From positions 44,144,001-44,208,000 of the forward strand of contig NC_086382.1 of NCBI RefSeq assembly GCF_036588685.1: a stretch of 64,000 nt of DNA, written 5' to 3'. The notes under the pieces were generated by a model. That model was not told where the DNA came from. It saw only the letters and a program-made list of their open reading frames with translations, and did no database searches. Within the stretch, counting starts at the first letter, position 1. Every line of letters begins with the position of its first letter. Both the position numbers and the translations under genes were made by a program. This document shows, piece by piece, positions 52,201-64,000 of this stretch. The DNA comes from Mytilus trossulus. Lineage: Eukaryota.

Positions 52201-53654
52201 GGTTGGGCACTGTTGCAAAAATTACGGCTACTGATGAATATATCCACCATTCATTTAAACATTTTCATTTCACATCTTCATGATAAGAACACTCTTTTTC
52301 TGCAAAATAAAATAATTAATGTATTAAATTAAGATATTGATTTAAATCAGATCAAAATTTAAAGTATTTTTTTTTTTAATATTTTCGTAACATAAACAAT
52401 ATCGTATGGCTTTTTCAGTATCACATAGCGTATAAACACGTGACACCAGTATAATCCCAAGATCTCTGCTGTGATTTTGAAAAAGTCATGTCACATACAT
52501 TTGTTATACAAATATACTTCACGTGGATTTGTTTATCCGACGTGACGTCATACAGATGAATGAAATGATTTCATACAGATAATAGGTGTGCCATGACGTC
52601 ATACAAATAAGGGGTTCGATAACGCCGTTTGCAAAAGTGACTACAATTAATGACGTGACTTCATACATATTAAAGGTATGCTAAAGCCTTGGCTACCGTG
52701 CTGATATCGATATCATAACAGATGGCTGATACAGCTTGCTTGCCAGTTTTTGTATTACACATACAATCGATCTGGTTTTATTACTAAGTACATGTTTGTA
52801 TATGCATGTTTTTCGAGATTAAAAATGTATAGGGTTTAGAGCAGCGTGGAAATAAAACTATTGCCTTGCGATAACCTGTTTCATTCATTGAAATTGATAG
52901 AATAGAAATTCGAAACATGTGAAAGAGATAAAAACCCATCCAAAGAGCATATAATAGCCGTAGGCAACCAATGGGTCTTCAATTGTATAAATTAATTTGG
53001 TGTCGACATCTGACATCAAAGGTTATCAAATAGTCATCAAAGGTTTCAGGATTATAATTTAGTACTCCAGACGCGTGTTTCGTCTACATGAGACTCACCA
53101 GTGACGCTGATATCAAAATATTTATAAAGCCAAACAAGTACAAAGTTGAAGAGCAAAATGTCATGATCTTGTTTATTTATATATAATATCTATATGTAAA
53201 AAATATCATAAAAGATTCTTTGGTTTTCTATGTTGTGTCATGTGTACTTGTTTGTCTGTTTGTCTTTTTCATTTTTAGCCTTGGCGTTGTCAGTTTGTTT
53301 AAGATTTATGAGTTTGACTGTCCTTTTGGTATCTTTCGTACCTCTTTTACAAATGCGGGAACTGTTCTACATATATTCCTCATCGGTCAACCGTTGGATT
53401 TATCCTTCGGTTTCTCCCATACAAGAGTAGCAACTCTAAGTATATAGTTTTCGTTTAAAAAGGTAGCCCCTCAATGTAAGATCAATGTCAGATGTTGTGT
53501 CTCCCACAGATTTAAACAGTACTCACACTATTCACTATTTGTTTTGTAATAAAATCATTTTCATTAGATGATTAATTTCTTTTTTTGTCGTCTTTATCCA
53601 AGATTAACACAGTACATGATGTGTTTGTGCATGACTTGCAGATCAGTTGTTATC

Positions 53655-54330
53655 TTTCGACAGATATATCGTTTAACTCTACTTTCCGCTATATAGATGA
53701 TGTTCTTTCACTAAAACTAGAGGGTCGGTTGAAAACAAAACTTTACGACAAAAGAGATGATTTCAGCTTTTCAATTGCGAACTTTCCATTTCTAAGTAGC
53801 AACATTCCAGCAGCACCTGCATACGGGGTATATATCTCCCAATTGATACAATAATCCCGTGCTTGCATTTCCTATCATGATTTTCTTGATAGAGGGTTAC
53901 TGCTCACAAGGAAGCTATTAAATCAAGAGTTCCAAATGGTGAAGTTGAAATCATCCCTCCGTACATTTTACGGACGCCATCACGAGTTGGTTGACCGTTA
54001 TGGAATGACCGTTTCACAAATGATATCGGATATGTTCCTTACGTCGTAACTACAATACCCTTCCCTTTCATGAATGTGACCTACCGAATTAGACTATTTA
54101 CCGGATTTTTAATCACATAAGCAACACGACGGGTGCCACATGTGGAGCAGGATCTGCTTACCCTTCCGGAGCACCTGAGATCACCCCTAGTTTTTGGTGG
54201 GGTTCGTGTTGTTTATTCTTTAGTTTTCTATGTTGTGTCATGTGTATTTTTTATTTTAGCCACGGCGTTGTCAGTTTGTTTTAGATTTATGAGTTTGACT
54301 GTCCCTTTGGTATCTTTCGTCCCTCTTTTA
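53655..54330 (+). mobile_element. Penelope-like element 3' fragment (RT C-terminal part); related copies ~39153-39625 (+), ~10690-11010 (-), ~24520-24800 (-)
   Basis: FNSTFRYIDDVLSL...TKLYDKRDDFSF.I.NFPFLSSNIPAAPAYGVYISQLI in ORF 53585-53854; the downstream nucleotide sequence is shared among copies. Confidence 0.78.
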
Positions 54331-56076
54331 CATATTGATACATAAGTCTAAATATATGATTTCTTTATGACGGATGCCTCCTTTTTAATAACCACGGGTA
54401 ACGTATGACTAAGATTACAATGTATATATACTTCGTCTGAATCTTAACTGAAAAAGGATGAATCGACAATGTTTAGTTACATTGTACTAAGGTATCTAGG
54501 AATCATTAGAAATTCTATGTAAATAAAATATTCACAATTACTCGTGCCACGTTTTTATACATCAATAAAGGACTATTTACGGAATATGAATATATAAAGG
54601 AAGATGTTGTCTGAGTGCCAATGAGACAACTCTCCGTCCTATTGACAATTTATAAAAGTAAATCATTATAGATTAAGGTATGGCTTTCAAACCGTAGCCT
54701 TTGCTCACACCGAACAACAAGTTATAAAGGGACATAGTGCCTAGAACTGTAAGTTGATTGGGGTAATTCACTTAAACTCTGAATGAAAATTAATGCAACG
54801 TTTTGACCATTTACAAGTAAACTTTCTATTTATTCTATGTGTATAATAGTTTCTTATTGTGTGGATAGGAAAACCCGTACGTTGTTGCAGGAAAAAAAAT
54901 AAGGAAAGCAACGTTAAAAATTCATTTAAAAAAACGGAGTGATGAGTGGTCGTCATGGTCGAACTTTTACAAAATGTTACTGTTCTTGGCTAGTTAATTG
55001 ATGAACTTTGCGCGCATATAAATGAATTTGTCCACAAGGTTATGACAAAAAGATACACATATTCAATTTCAACACGAAACCATACAAACCTAAAAGTCTA
55101 TCGTTGGTATAAGATTGAGCGTGCTCGTTTTTCTGTTAATGCTAATATTTAGGTTTAAAATGTACGTGTTTATGACCGTAGGTAGACGTCGGAGGTCCTA
55201 ACAATGAGTAATTTGTTAGCGTCTAGACAAATTAACATTTGAAATATAGATAGCAACAATTTAGAAAAAAAAATTTTCAGTGTCTTCTAAAACTTATCAG
55301 GTTTAAGTCTCTGTTTCACAAATGGGCTCAGATTTTGTACAATGTAGTACTTGGTGCAATATTGGTTTACTGCAACATTTCAATTGAGTCACAAATGGTA
55401 GTTTTAAAAAAAATCAAATTTTGTAAACAGTTTATTTATCACTGTGACCATATAGGTGATAATTCGTTAGAATACAGAAATTGTAATTTCTAAGTTACAA
55501 AGAACTAACTAAAATATAGTTTTAGATCTAATTTAACATTTTTAGTGACAAAAATAAAGTTTTGATAATTACAAAGATAAAAACTAAATGCAGAGTATTT
55601 TGAAAAAATGTGGTAGGGGAACATCCGATATGACCAAGTTATTTGCTAGAAATTTGGATTCTATACCGGACCAATAGTCGACGCTTACCTGATGTTTGTT
55701 TAAAACCTCTATATTAAAATGATAACATATAAATAATCAAATGCCTACCTAAAAAACATATAAAGAATAATATGTGTTTAATTTCCTAAAGTAGACAATA
55801 CGTTTCCTTTATTCAAATGTGTTTACCTGTACATCTTCTTAATTTCGTCGCTAAAGTTTCACAAAAATAATTGTGTTTATATTGTTGGTGGACATATTAC
55901 AATGTATCTGGACTGTTTAAAACAGGTGGAAAATAATCAATTTACAAATGAATATCTCAAGTGATACAAACAATCGCCTATTATATTACATAGAAATAGA
56001 CTCAACGAAACTTTAAACTGTTTTCCAGTCATACTTGAACAAGCTTTTTAAATTAGCACAGGTGATAAACTGTATT

Positions 56077-58087
56077 CACGGCCGACACTCGGCTAACCGA
56101 GAGATTGTTCGGTTAATCTATATTGAGTATGCGGCTATATCGGCAGTGGGTCTGTTAATCGGGTTGGCTATACGTCTGTTAAGAATAAAACGCACTCTTT
56201 AATGTTGAACTCTTAGACTATCAAATATACAGATTTTTGACACATTATGAGAATCAAATCAGAAAAAGAAAAGTGTCTGACAAAATGATATCTATCATAA
56301 AATATTTTCCACCTTTAAAAACATTTAATAGTCTGCGCAGTTTTCAGTAAAAGTAAATGGCCTCGCGCAAGTATGTAGTATTTATTATTACACGCATAGG
56401 AATTTTTTTAATAAGAGGCGAAACAAACAATTTTAGATATAATTTAAAAGACACAAAATACTACTTTGGTTCTTAAATACAAATTGACAATAGTAAATAT
56501 TTCATAATTGTAATATAACGTGAGTAATACCACGTTTTAGTGAAAATTATTGGAATAAAGTCTGTTAATGGGTTGGACAATTGAAATTGTGTCAGTTAAG
56601 AGTTATTTAGCCACTATCCTTCCAGTAAAAGCATTTTTATTTTGACTTTCTTTGCATTTTATTGAAGAGTGTGTCATTTCAATATAGCGTGATCTGGGTT
56701 GGACGCTGGAATATGCATGAATTTATTATTAACGATTTCAATCAGCCTTAATTTTTGTGCCTGCTCAAAGTAGCATGTTCTCGAATCCGACTGAACGTGT
56801 CTTTCTAATACAACACAGGGTACATATAACGTGTTGTCATTCTCATATGCACATGATATTTGTCACTGGACGTTAAACCCTAATTCGTCATCATCATCCT
56901 ATTAGTTCTTTTCTTCTGGTTGTTTACAAATCAGTCTATATAAAGAAGTAAATGGAAAGAAGCGCATGCAGCTACATTTGGTTGTATTAAGTTTTAATTC
57001 ATTTTATTCCGTTTAGTTCCTGCAGTTTTCCATATGTTCACTTCAAGCATTTGTCACCAATATGAGTACATCGCAATCCGTCACTGTTTCAACACCCAGG
57101 GGGTTTCATGTCTTTATTCTTAAACAATTATTGGGGTTTATTTTCTCTCTTTTTTAGCAATGCATCACTCTTTATTGTCCTTATCCTTTATTTATATTCT
57201 GTATCTCCATCAAGATTCTCGTGTATACCATGAGGGTCTGGATTGGGGGGGGGGGGTTATTTCTGTATTCTTTAAATTGTTATGTTACTTTTCTCTACAT
57301 TTTATTTATCTTACTCATTATTCTTTCTCTATTCTTTATATTTAGGCATCCTAATATATTTTACTTACTGATGTTTAGTTACATAATACGACGTTAATCT
57401 CTGATTTATATACTGGTTACCAATGTAGATGACAAATTTGTGTCATTCATGACAATTAAACAGAATCCACATGATCTATGCGACCATTTCGGATAAAATC
57501 AATTTTACTTTAATTCAACACATTTTGAAACCATTTTTATCAATTTTCAATATCCATTGCCTACATTGTTAATAGTTCATGTGTTTTGTTTCCGTATATT
57601 TCATATTCCATGATTGCTCATGTTTTGTTTCCGTATATTCCGTATGTCACCAAAATACAGATTTTCGTGTAGATTTTTCACACAATGATATCAATTTGGT
57701 TAACACTCATAATACCTGTCTTTTTACGATGTTCAAAATATTGCATGCAAGAAAATTCAACCCAAGTGTTATTTTGTGTGTATTTTGTGTGTGTAAAATG
57801 TGTATAAATTTATTGATGAGTAACTTGCCTTTTCATTTTATAGATCGTACATAGAAGCTAGAAAAATAATAATTACACCACTGGATTCAGTACATTGGAT
57901 AGTTTTGTTAGACATAAATATTTTTTATGATAAACATATATTTAAAAGGTTATACAATGAAACATGCTGAGTTTTTAATGATTTTCTCGATAACACCTGA
58001 TTAACAGACTTTAGCCATCCCGATTATAGGTGCATACTCTATATAGATTAACCGACCAATCTCTCGGTTAGCCGAGTGTCGGCCGTG
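56077..58087. mobile_element. Non-autonomous TIR element with CAC..GTG ends (CMC group: Transib/Chapaev-like)
   Basis: TIR CACGGCCGACACTCGGCTAACCGAGAGATTG is perfect over 31 bp and continues imperfectly to ~85 bp; flanks gtatt / gtact (imperfect 5-bp TSD); no long ORF. Confidence 0.78.
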
Positions 58088-61000
58088 GTACTGGTTATTC
58101 CAATTTTAAAACACCACTTCTACTTTATTTTCATCGTAAAAATAAAAGGTTGTGTAGCATATTTGCAACATGTATGACTCTAAATTTTTACAGTGTTAAC
58201 TTATACTAAATATGTACTTTGTCTTCCTTTACTGAGGGTCTTCCTAAAAATTGAATTGACATCTGTCTACATTTATTCATACTTTCCCTTATGGCTCAAT
58301 GAGATGACACATAGAGATCATATATGGGAACCAGTACCTACACCAAACAATATATCTATGAATATCATCATGATCACGTACCGACCCAAAAGAAGAATGG
58401 TTTATGGAACAGTTGTATTTACAAACAACTCCACCCTAGATAGGTGACTTCACAGTATGAAAATGAATTATTAATAAAAAATAACAGAATGTATTCCTAA
58501 ATCAACAAAATAATGTAGTAATGATTGATTTCTCTTTGTTTTTTGTTTTGATAATTATATATTATATATAAAATCTATTTGCCAACTAGAGCTCTTGGAA
58601 TTGACGTCTCAGGTCGATATGGATGTGATTTTGAAACGATTTTATAATTTTCGCAACACACTGTATATAGCATTGCTTATTCTGCAATCATTTTATTTTT
58701 ATAGACGGGATCATGGAAACTATATGCCTCCAAAATATGTTCTGTAATTCAGTGGTTGTCGTTTGTTTATGTGTAACATATTTGTTTTTCGTTCATTTTT
58801 TATAAATAAGGCCGTTAGTTTTCTCGTTTTAATTGTTTTACATTGTCTTATCGGGCCTTTTATAGTTGACTATGCGGTATGGGCTTTGCTAATTGTTGGA
58901 GAACGTACGGTGACCTATAGTTGTTAATGTTTGTGTCATTTTGGTCTTTTGTTGATAGTTGTCTCATTGGCAATCATACCACATCTTTTTATATGAGCTT
59001 TTATTACCAGTTTATATTTGCATAAACGTGTTTCTTATTTTTGGGCAAACTGTTTTCTAGAAATACCATTCTTTAAAAAAAAAAACATAAAATGTATTGC
59101 AGTTACTTATTTGTAGTAAAATTGTGTTACGGTGCCGTAATTTCCTGTTACAAACAAGTATCGACTGGGTGTTTTAACGTGTTATAACGCCATGTTGTGT
59201 TTATTTGACCTACATTCATTTGGAATTGAATTGCATGGGTTTTTTTTTTTGTTAAAAAGTAAAGTACACACTTTCTTAATATGATCGTTCTATGATAACT
59301 TACCTTTTATTTGTTATATTTAAATCTAAAATAAATATAAACAAGCCAACGTGTCCCTAAAATCAAGTTGGCACTACTCCATATATACTCGTTGTACAGT
59401 ATAACACATCCTTATTGTCCTCGTTCTATTTATAAAATCGTGTATCTGACTGTGATATCTATGTGTTTCTTTTTCAGACAAGAAAGCATGTATTAGAAAT
59501 TTTACTTACTGTAAACGTATTTTATCAAAACTAAATAGATTGGCATTCTTAAACGTGTCACTATCAATGAAATATGATCACAGATCCCATATTGGCCTTC
59601 GATTGTAAAATTAGAACACGGATAAACTAAAGAACTAAATAGATTTGAAGGACAGGTTATTTTTTAGAATTTTTTTACATACCTCAGGCATAGATTACCT
59701 TAGCTGTATTTGGCAAAACTTTTAGGAATTTTGGTTCTTAATGCTCTTCAACTTCGTTCTTTTTTTTTTATGAATGAACTACTGTAACACATCCCTTTAA
59801 CAAATCGCACGTGGTAAATGATTACATGACCAGAGTTTAAATGTAATTGAAATTAACATAACAAAAGACTTGATGTACGGTAACTTTGAAACTGCTTAAT
59901 AAATACAGGTAGCTTTTGTGAGAAATAAATAAAGATACAAAACAAATTTTATTTTTAAAAAAATATATATGGTTAGAGGTAAAGATATAAAGATCGATAA
60001 TGATTGCAGGTACATGTACATTTGTACAAGGACAGATAATATTTCTACTGAAGGTTGATGTTAATAATTTATAGTGGGAGTTTTTTTTCTCATTTGATTT
60101 TCCCCCGACAAATGAGACTGTAATAATTGGGGCCCCCTTAGTTGCTCCCCTGGGCAACTGAGGGTTGATGTAACAGGCGATTGTTAATAAAATATGTTTT
60201 ATATTTAAAAAAAAAAAAAAAAAAAAAAAAATATTTGGCCTTTATATTTTTTTTGGATTCGAGCGTCACTGATGAGTCTTTTGTAGACGAAATGCGCATC
60301 TGGTGTATATACTTAATTTAGTCCTGGTATCTATGATGAGTTTATTTACATGTGTCATCTTTATTTTGTCCTTACGCTGTTATTTTTTAAGTCAAAAATA
60401 ATATATAATAAAAATGTATTTAATATAAAGTCTAATCTATTTGAATCCGTTTATTTTATAATATAAGGGCTCAAAAGGCATATCATATACAAACAAGAGA
60501 AAACGAAAAACGTGAACATGAAAGATATTCGTTATAGACATTTGGGTCCTTCAAGTTTTTTCATATTATTATCCTACAATGCGTATCATATATTTTGGGA
60601 TACGTCCTTGGTTAACACTTATTGCGCCACAACACTATGTGTTAGATGAACAATTTTGAGTAAAGTGTGTCGAAGACAAACATTTTTTTAATCTAAAGAT
60701 GTCATAGTGACCACAAACAATGCATTTCTGTACTGAATGGATTAGCCGAAATTAGTTATTTGTAAAATAAGTTTTTGTCTGTATAATATTAAAAGAAATG
60801 AAAGAAACGTAATTGTGATTATCCATATTGAGTGTGTTTTTTGTTCGTTTTTTTCGAGGATTTTTTTTCTTTTTTATGGTAGAGCGTATTATATTTTTTT
60901 TTTTTTTGTAATATAGTTATAGGATCATCATTAAAAGAAGATGAGCGAGATATGATAATGAGATTGCAACACATCGACACAAATTACAAAAAAAAGTAAT

Positions 61001-61439
61001 ACAGAAACAATTATAATTCCTCCATTTACACAAAATTCTTCTAAAACGAAACAAAGAGAATATGACATATAATATCTTAGGTGATGTCGGGTTAACCTCA
61101 ATGAGACACCACAACAACGACACCATAACCAAATGTCATATAAAGGATAATAAACAGTATTCAACAACATATAATGTCTTTACTATATAGAAATCTCTCA
61201 AAAGGGGTAAAAAGTAAAATCACACAAATACTGAACTTAAAGGTAAATCAATTTGGAACCATAATGCATTCCAAAAAATATCAAAGATATTTCATAATCA
61301 GCCAATTCTATAAATCGTTACAAACATCACGATACAACATTATATGTTTAATGACGAGGATAAGGACATGTCGAATATTAGACAAAAGCATTCAAATCTG
61401 GCAGCATTATTTTTTGTTAAAGAAAACACCTTGATAAGA

Positions 61440-61640
61440 AAAAATATGTCACCAACCGGAAGTACTTTGTGGTGTAATCTTCCTGCTGTCCAAGATTCAG
61501 GAACAATACCTCATCCAATACCACAATATATAGCTTATTGTAAATACATATCAAAATGATTGAGAGTTTTTCAAAAACAATTGCTTTAGTATTATGTCTG
61601 TATCAGGAGATTTATCATGCTTCAAGTATCCATACCTTCT
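61440..61640 (-). mobile_element. Highly decayed LINE RT N-terminal fragment
   Basis: Minus strand gives LKHDKSPDTDII and, after frameshifts, GIVPESWTAG, resembling the K.PG.D.I ... G..P..W..G pre-RT motif. Confidence 0.4.
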
Positions 61641-63300
61641 TGTTCTATAATGACTCCATTTTCAATTGGTTCACTACACAGCGCATTTATATCAATTTTA
61701 TTAAAATCGTATCTTACAATTTATTAACTAGATATATGAAGATGTGGTGTGAGTGCCAATGAGACAACTTTCGATCCAAATAACAATCTATAAAAGAAAA
61801 CCATTATAGGTCAATGTACGGCCTTCAACACGGAGCCTTGGCTTACATCGAACAACAAGCTATAAAGGGCCCCAAAATTACTAGTGTAAAACTACTGTAC
61901 ATCAGATTCTTTACCAGACCGTTTCAAAAGGATCATTATGCATGTCAATATTACTTAAAACGTCATCAATATCTTGCAAAGCTTCAGCAAGGTAGTTTTT
62001 GATAAAGTTGAAGTCCAATTTACTTTAAACTTAGCACAAGTATTCCCTCTGATTTGATCTTTCTAATTGTAATGCTTAATTATAGTTTTACCTCAATTTC
62101 ACGGTCCATAAATTATCTGTGACAAACTGCGTTGGGCTTATAAGGGTATTACACTGCACTGGTATTGTATTTAAATCATAGGTTTTACTGACCGTGCCTC
62201 TTAAGTGATGAATGATTGAAAGGGGTTCTGAAAGTGGCCCTGCTTTTTAATGAATACATCGAGAAAGTTTCGTGTAGAGACGGTAAAATATCTGCTATTT
62301 TTCTTTTGTCCAAGGTCTACAAACCATCACAAATTAACTTAACTAAATGATTGTTGATTGTTTTTGTTTATTGTTTGTGCTCGTATGCACTCGGGACTAT
62401 TAAAAGCCTGATATATTGCATAGATGGTGTCGGTCTATTGGTGAAGACAATTTGTTGCCTTCTAGATTAAACCACAGAACATCTCCTTTTGTTGTTATTC
62501 AGAAAATCTATGGGATTCTTGAAATTGTAATTTTGTGGGGAATGTAATCGTATTTTTTATAATCACATTCTGGTTTGAAATTAAAACATGTGTATATTTT
62601 TTTTTTAAAAGACAAGAAAGTAAAATGATTTAAAATTAACAATGACGCCAAACTTTAAGAAATGTATCAGTTATATCTGTGTGCATGTTTTTCCTTGAAA
62701 AGCTTGCTTGATTTAAGGATTTATTTTTTCGATTAATACCTTCTCTCCTCTGTAACGAAAAAAACAACAAAACAATTAACACAATAAAAACAAATAAAAA
62801 GCACTTTAATTTAACCAGCTGAAAATATGCCTTTGATGATGGATGTTAACGGCTAATCAAGACATTTATTAAAACAAGTTCGTCTAGTCGCACATGCATT
62901 GATTTGGTACACGAAATTTTCATATCAAATATGACAAAGCCTTACAAAGCTTTTATATGAATAAAGCTTGGTGGTTTGAAAATTAACTTGTTAATTTGCA
63001 ATTCCGTTGTTTGATAGAGATATTTTCTCGTGGAATTTGAGGATTATAGAACCCAAAAATGTCCTGTGTGTATCATTCGATTCTTAATTTCGTTGATTAA
63101 TCTATTCATTACTGTCATAATTCGTAACCATCATTTGACAATAGTTTTTGGAATGATAGGACAATTGATCTACGAGGCCTATACAAGTGCTATTCTTATA
63201 GCTATAATGTCTTTTGATATCAAATATAAGCAAGATTTTTCATTTACAGTCCATCGCTTACACCCATTTGATTAGTTAAAAATGCTGCTTTTCTTTTTAA

Positions 63301-64000
63301 TAGTTATCAAAGGTACCAGGATTATAATTTAATACGCCAGACGCGCGTTTCGTCTACAAACGACTCATCAGTGACGCTCAGACCAAAACAGTTAAAAACC
63401 CAAACAAATACAAAGTTGAAGAGCATTGAGGACCCAAAATTCCAAAAAGTTGTGCCAAATACGGCTAAGGTAAGCTACTCCTGGGCGTAGGAAAATCCTT
63501 AGTTTTTCGAAATATTCAAAGGTTTGTAAACAGAAAATTTATAAAAATGACCATATAATTGATATTCATGTCAACACCGAAGTGCTGACTACTGGGCTGG
63601 TGATACCCTCGGGGACGAAACGTCCACCAGCAGTGGCATCGACCCAGTGGTGTTAATAGTTATCAAAGGTACCAGGATTATAATTTAATACACCAGACGC
63701 GCGTTTCGTCTACATACGACTCATCAGGGACGCTCAGACCAAAACAGTTAAAAACCCAAACAAATACAAAGTTGAAGAGCATAGAGGACCCAAAATTCCA
63801 AAAAGTTGTGCCAAATACGGCTAAGGTAATCTACTCCTGGGCGTAGGAAAATCCTTAGTTTTTCGAAATATTCAAAGGTTTGTAAACAGAAAATTTATAA
63901 AAATGACCATATAATTGATATTCATGTCAACACCGAAGTGCTGACTACTGGGCTGGTGATACCCTCGGGGACGAAACGTCCACCAGCAGTGGCATCGACC
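63301..64000 (-). mobile_element. Tandem hammerhead retrozyme, family 1 (356-nt unit), runs off the window end
   Basis: Direct repeat starting at 63301 and 63657; each unit has the minus-strand motif gcgtca-CTGATGA-gtc..gac-GAAA-cgcgcg-TC-tggcgt (stem I slightly altered in the second copy). Confidence 0.85.
63334..63379 (-). ncRNA. Type I hammerhead ribozyme; other core-intact copies at ~361-403 (-), ~63690-63735 (-) and ~60261-60306 (+)
   Basis: Conserved core CUGAUGA/GAAA/UC, 3-bp stem II, palindromic stem III (CGCGCG, or UGCGCA at ~60292), 6-bp stem I; predicted cleavage between 63340 and 63339. Confidence 0.85.

Noticed and set aside
58700-59520. Plus-strand acceptor-like sites suggesting another gene
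   Set aside because: No coherent open exon chain or recognisable protein; region dominated by repeats.
63596-63631. Plus-strand CTGGTGA...GAAACGTC as an opposite-polarity hammerhead
   Set aside because: Core is non-canonical and family 2 replaces GAAAC with TAATA while keeping the hairpin, so GAAA is not conserved.

Overview
AT-rich, repeat-dense eukaryotic genomic DNA, inferred to be a Mytilus mussel from its characteristic repeat families. Three spliced protein-coding genes can be rebuilt by hand with canonical GT-AG sites and consistent phases. (1) A + strand stand-alone NHL-like beta-propeller gene (4826-5286 + 11569-12034, 308 aa). (2, 3) A tandem pair of - strand paralogues sharing an unusual architecture: an N-terminal 28-aa signal-anchor-like exon, a linker containing acidic D-[LIV]-E-E-D-R microexons, and a C-terminal TICAM (TRIF/TRAM)-like TIR domain that appears non-catalytic. 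Gene A spans 21232-16226 (222 aa); gene B spans 52200-37509 (356 aa) and has an extra ~130-aa coiled-coil exon. The ORF track shows only fragments of these genes. A decayed Ngaro-type tyrosine-recombinase retrotransposon with split direct repeats lies between A and B and carries a nested Academ transposon; a second Academ sits in an intron of gene B. The window also holds many hammerhead-ribozyme 'retrozyme' repeats of two families (356- and 351-nt units) sharing a conserved, covarying, possibly pseudoknotted module, plus Penelope/LINE fragments, MITEs, a foldback element, a CAC..GTG TIR element and a ~120-bp minisatellite. All gene models are manual predictions without transcript evidence.
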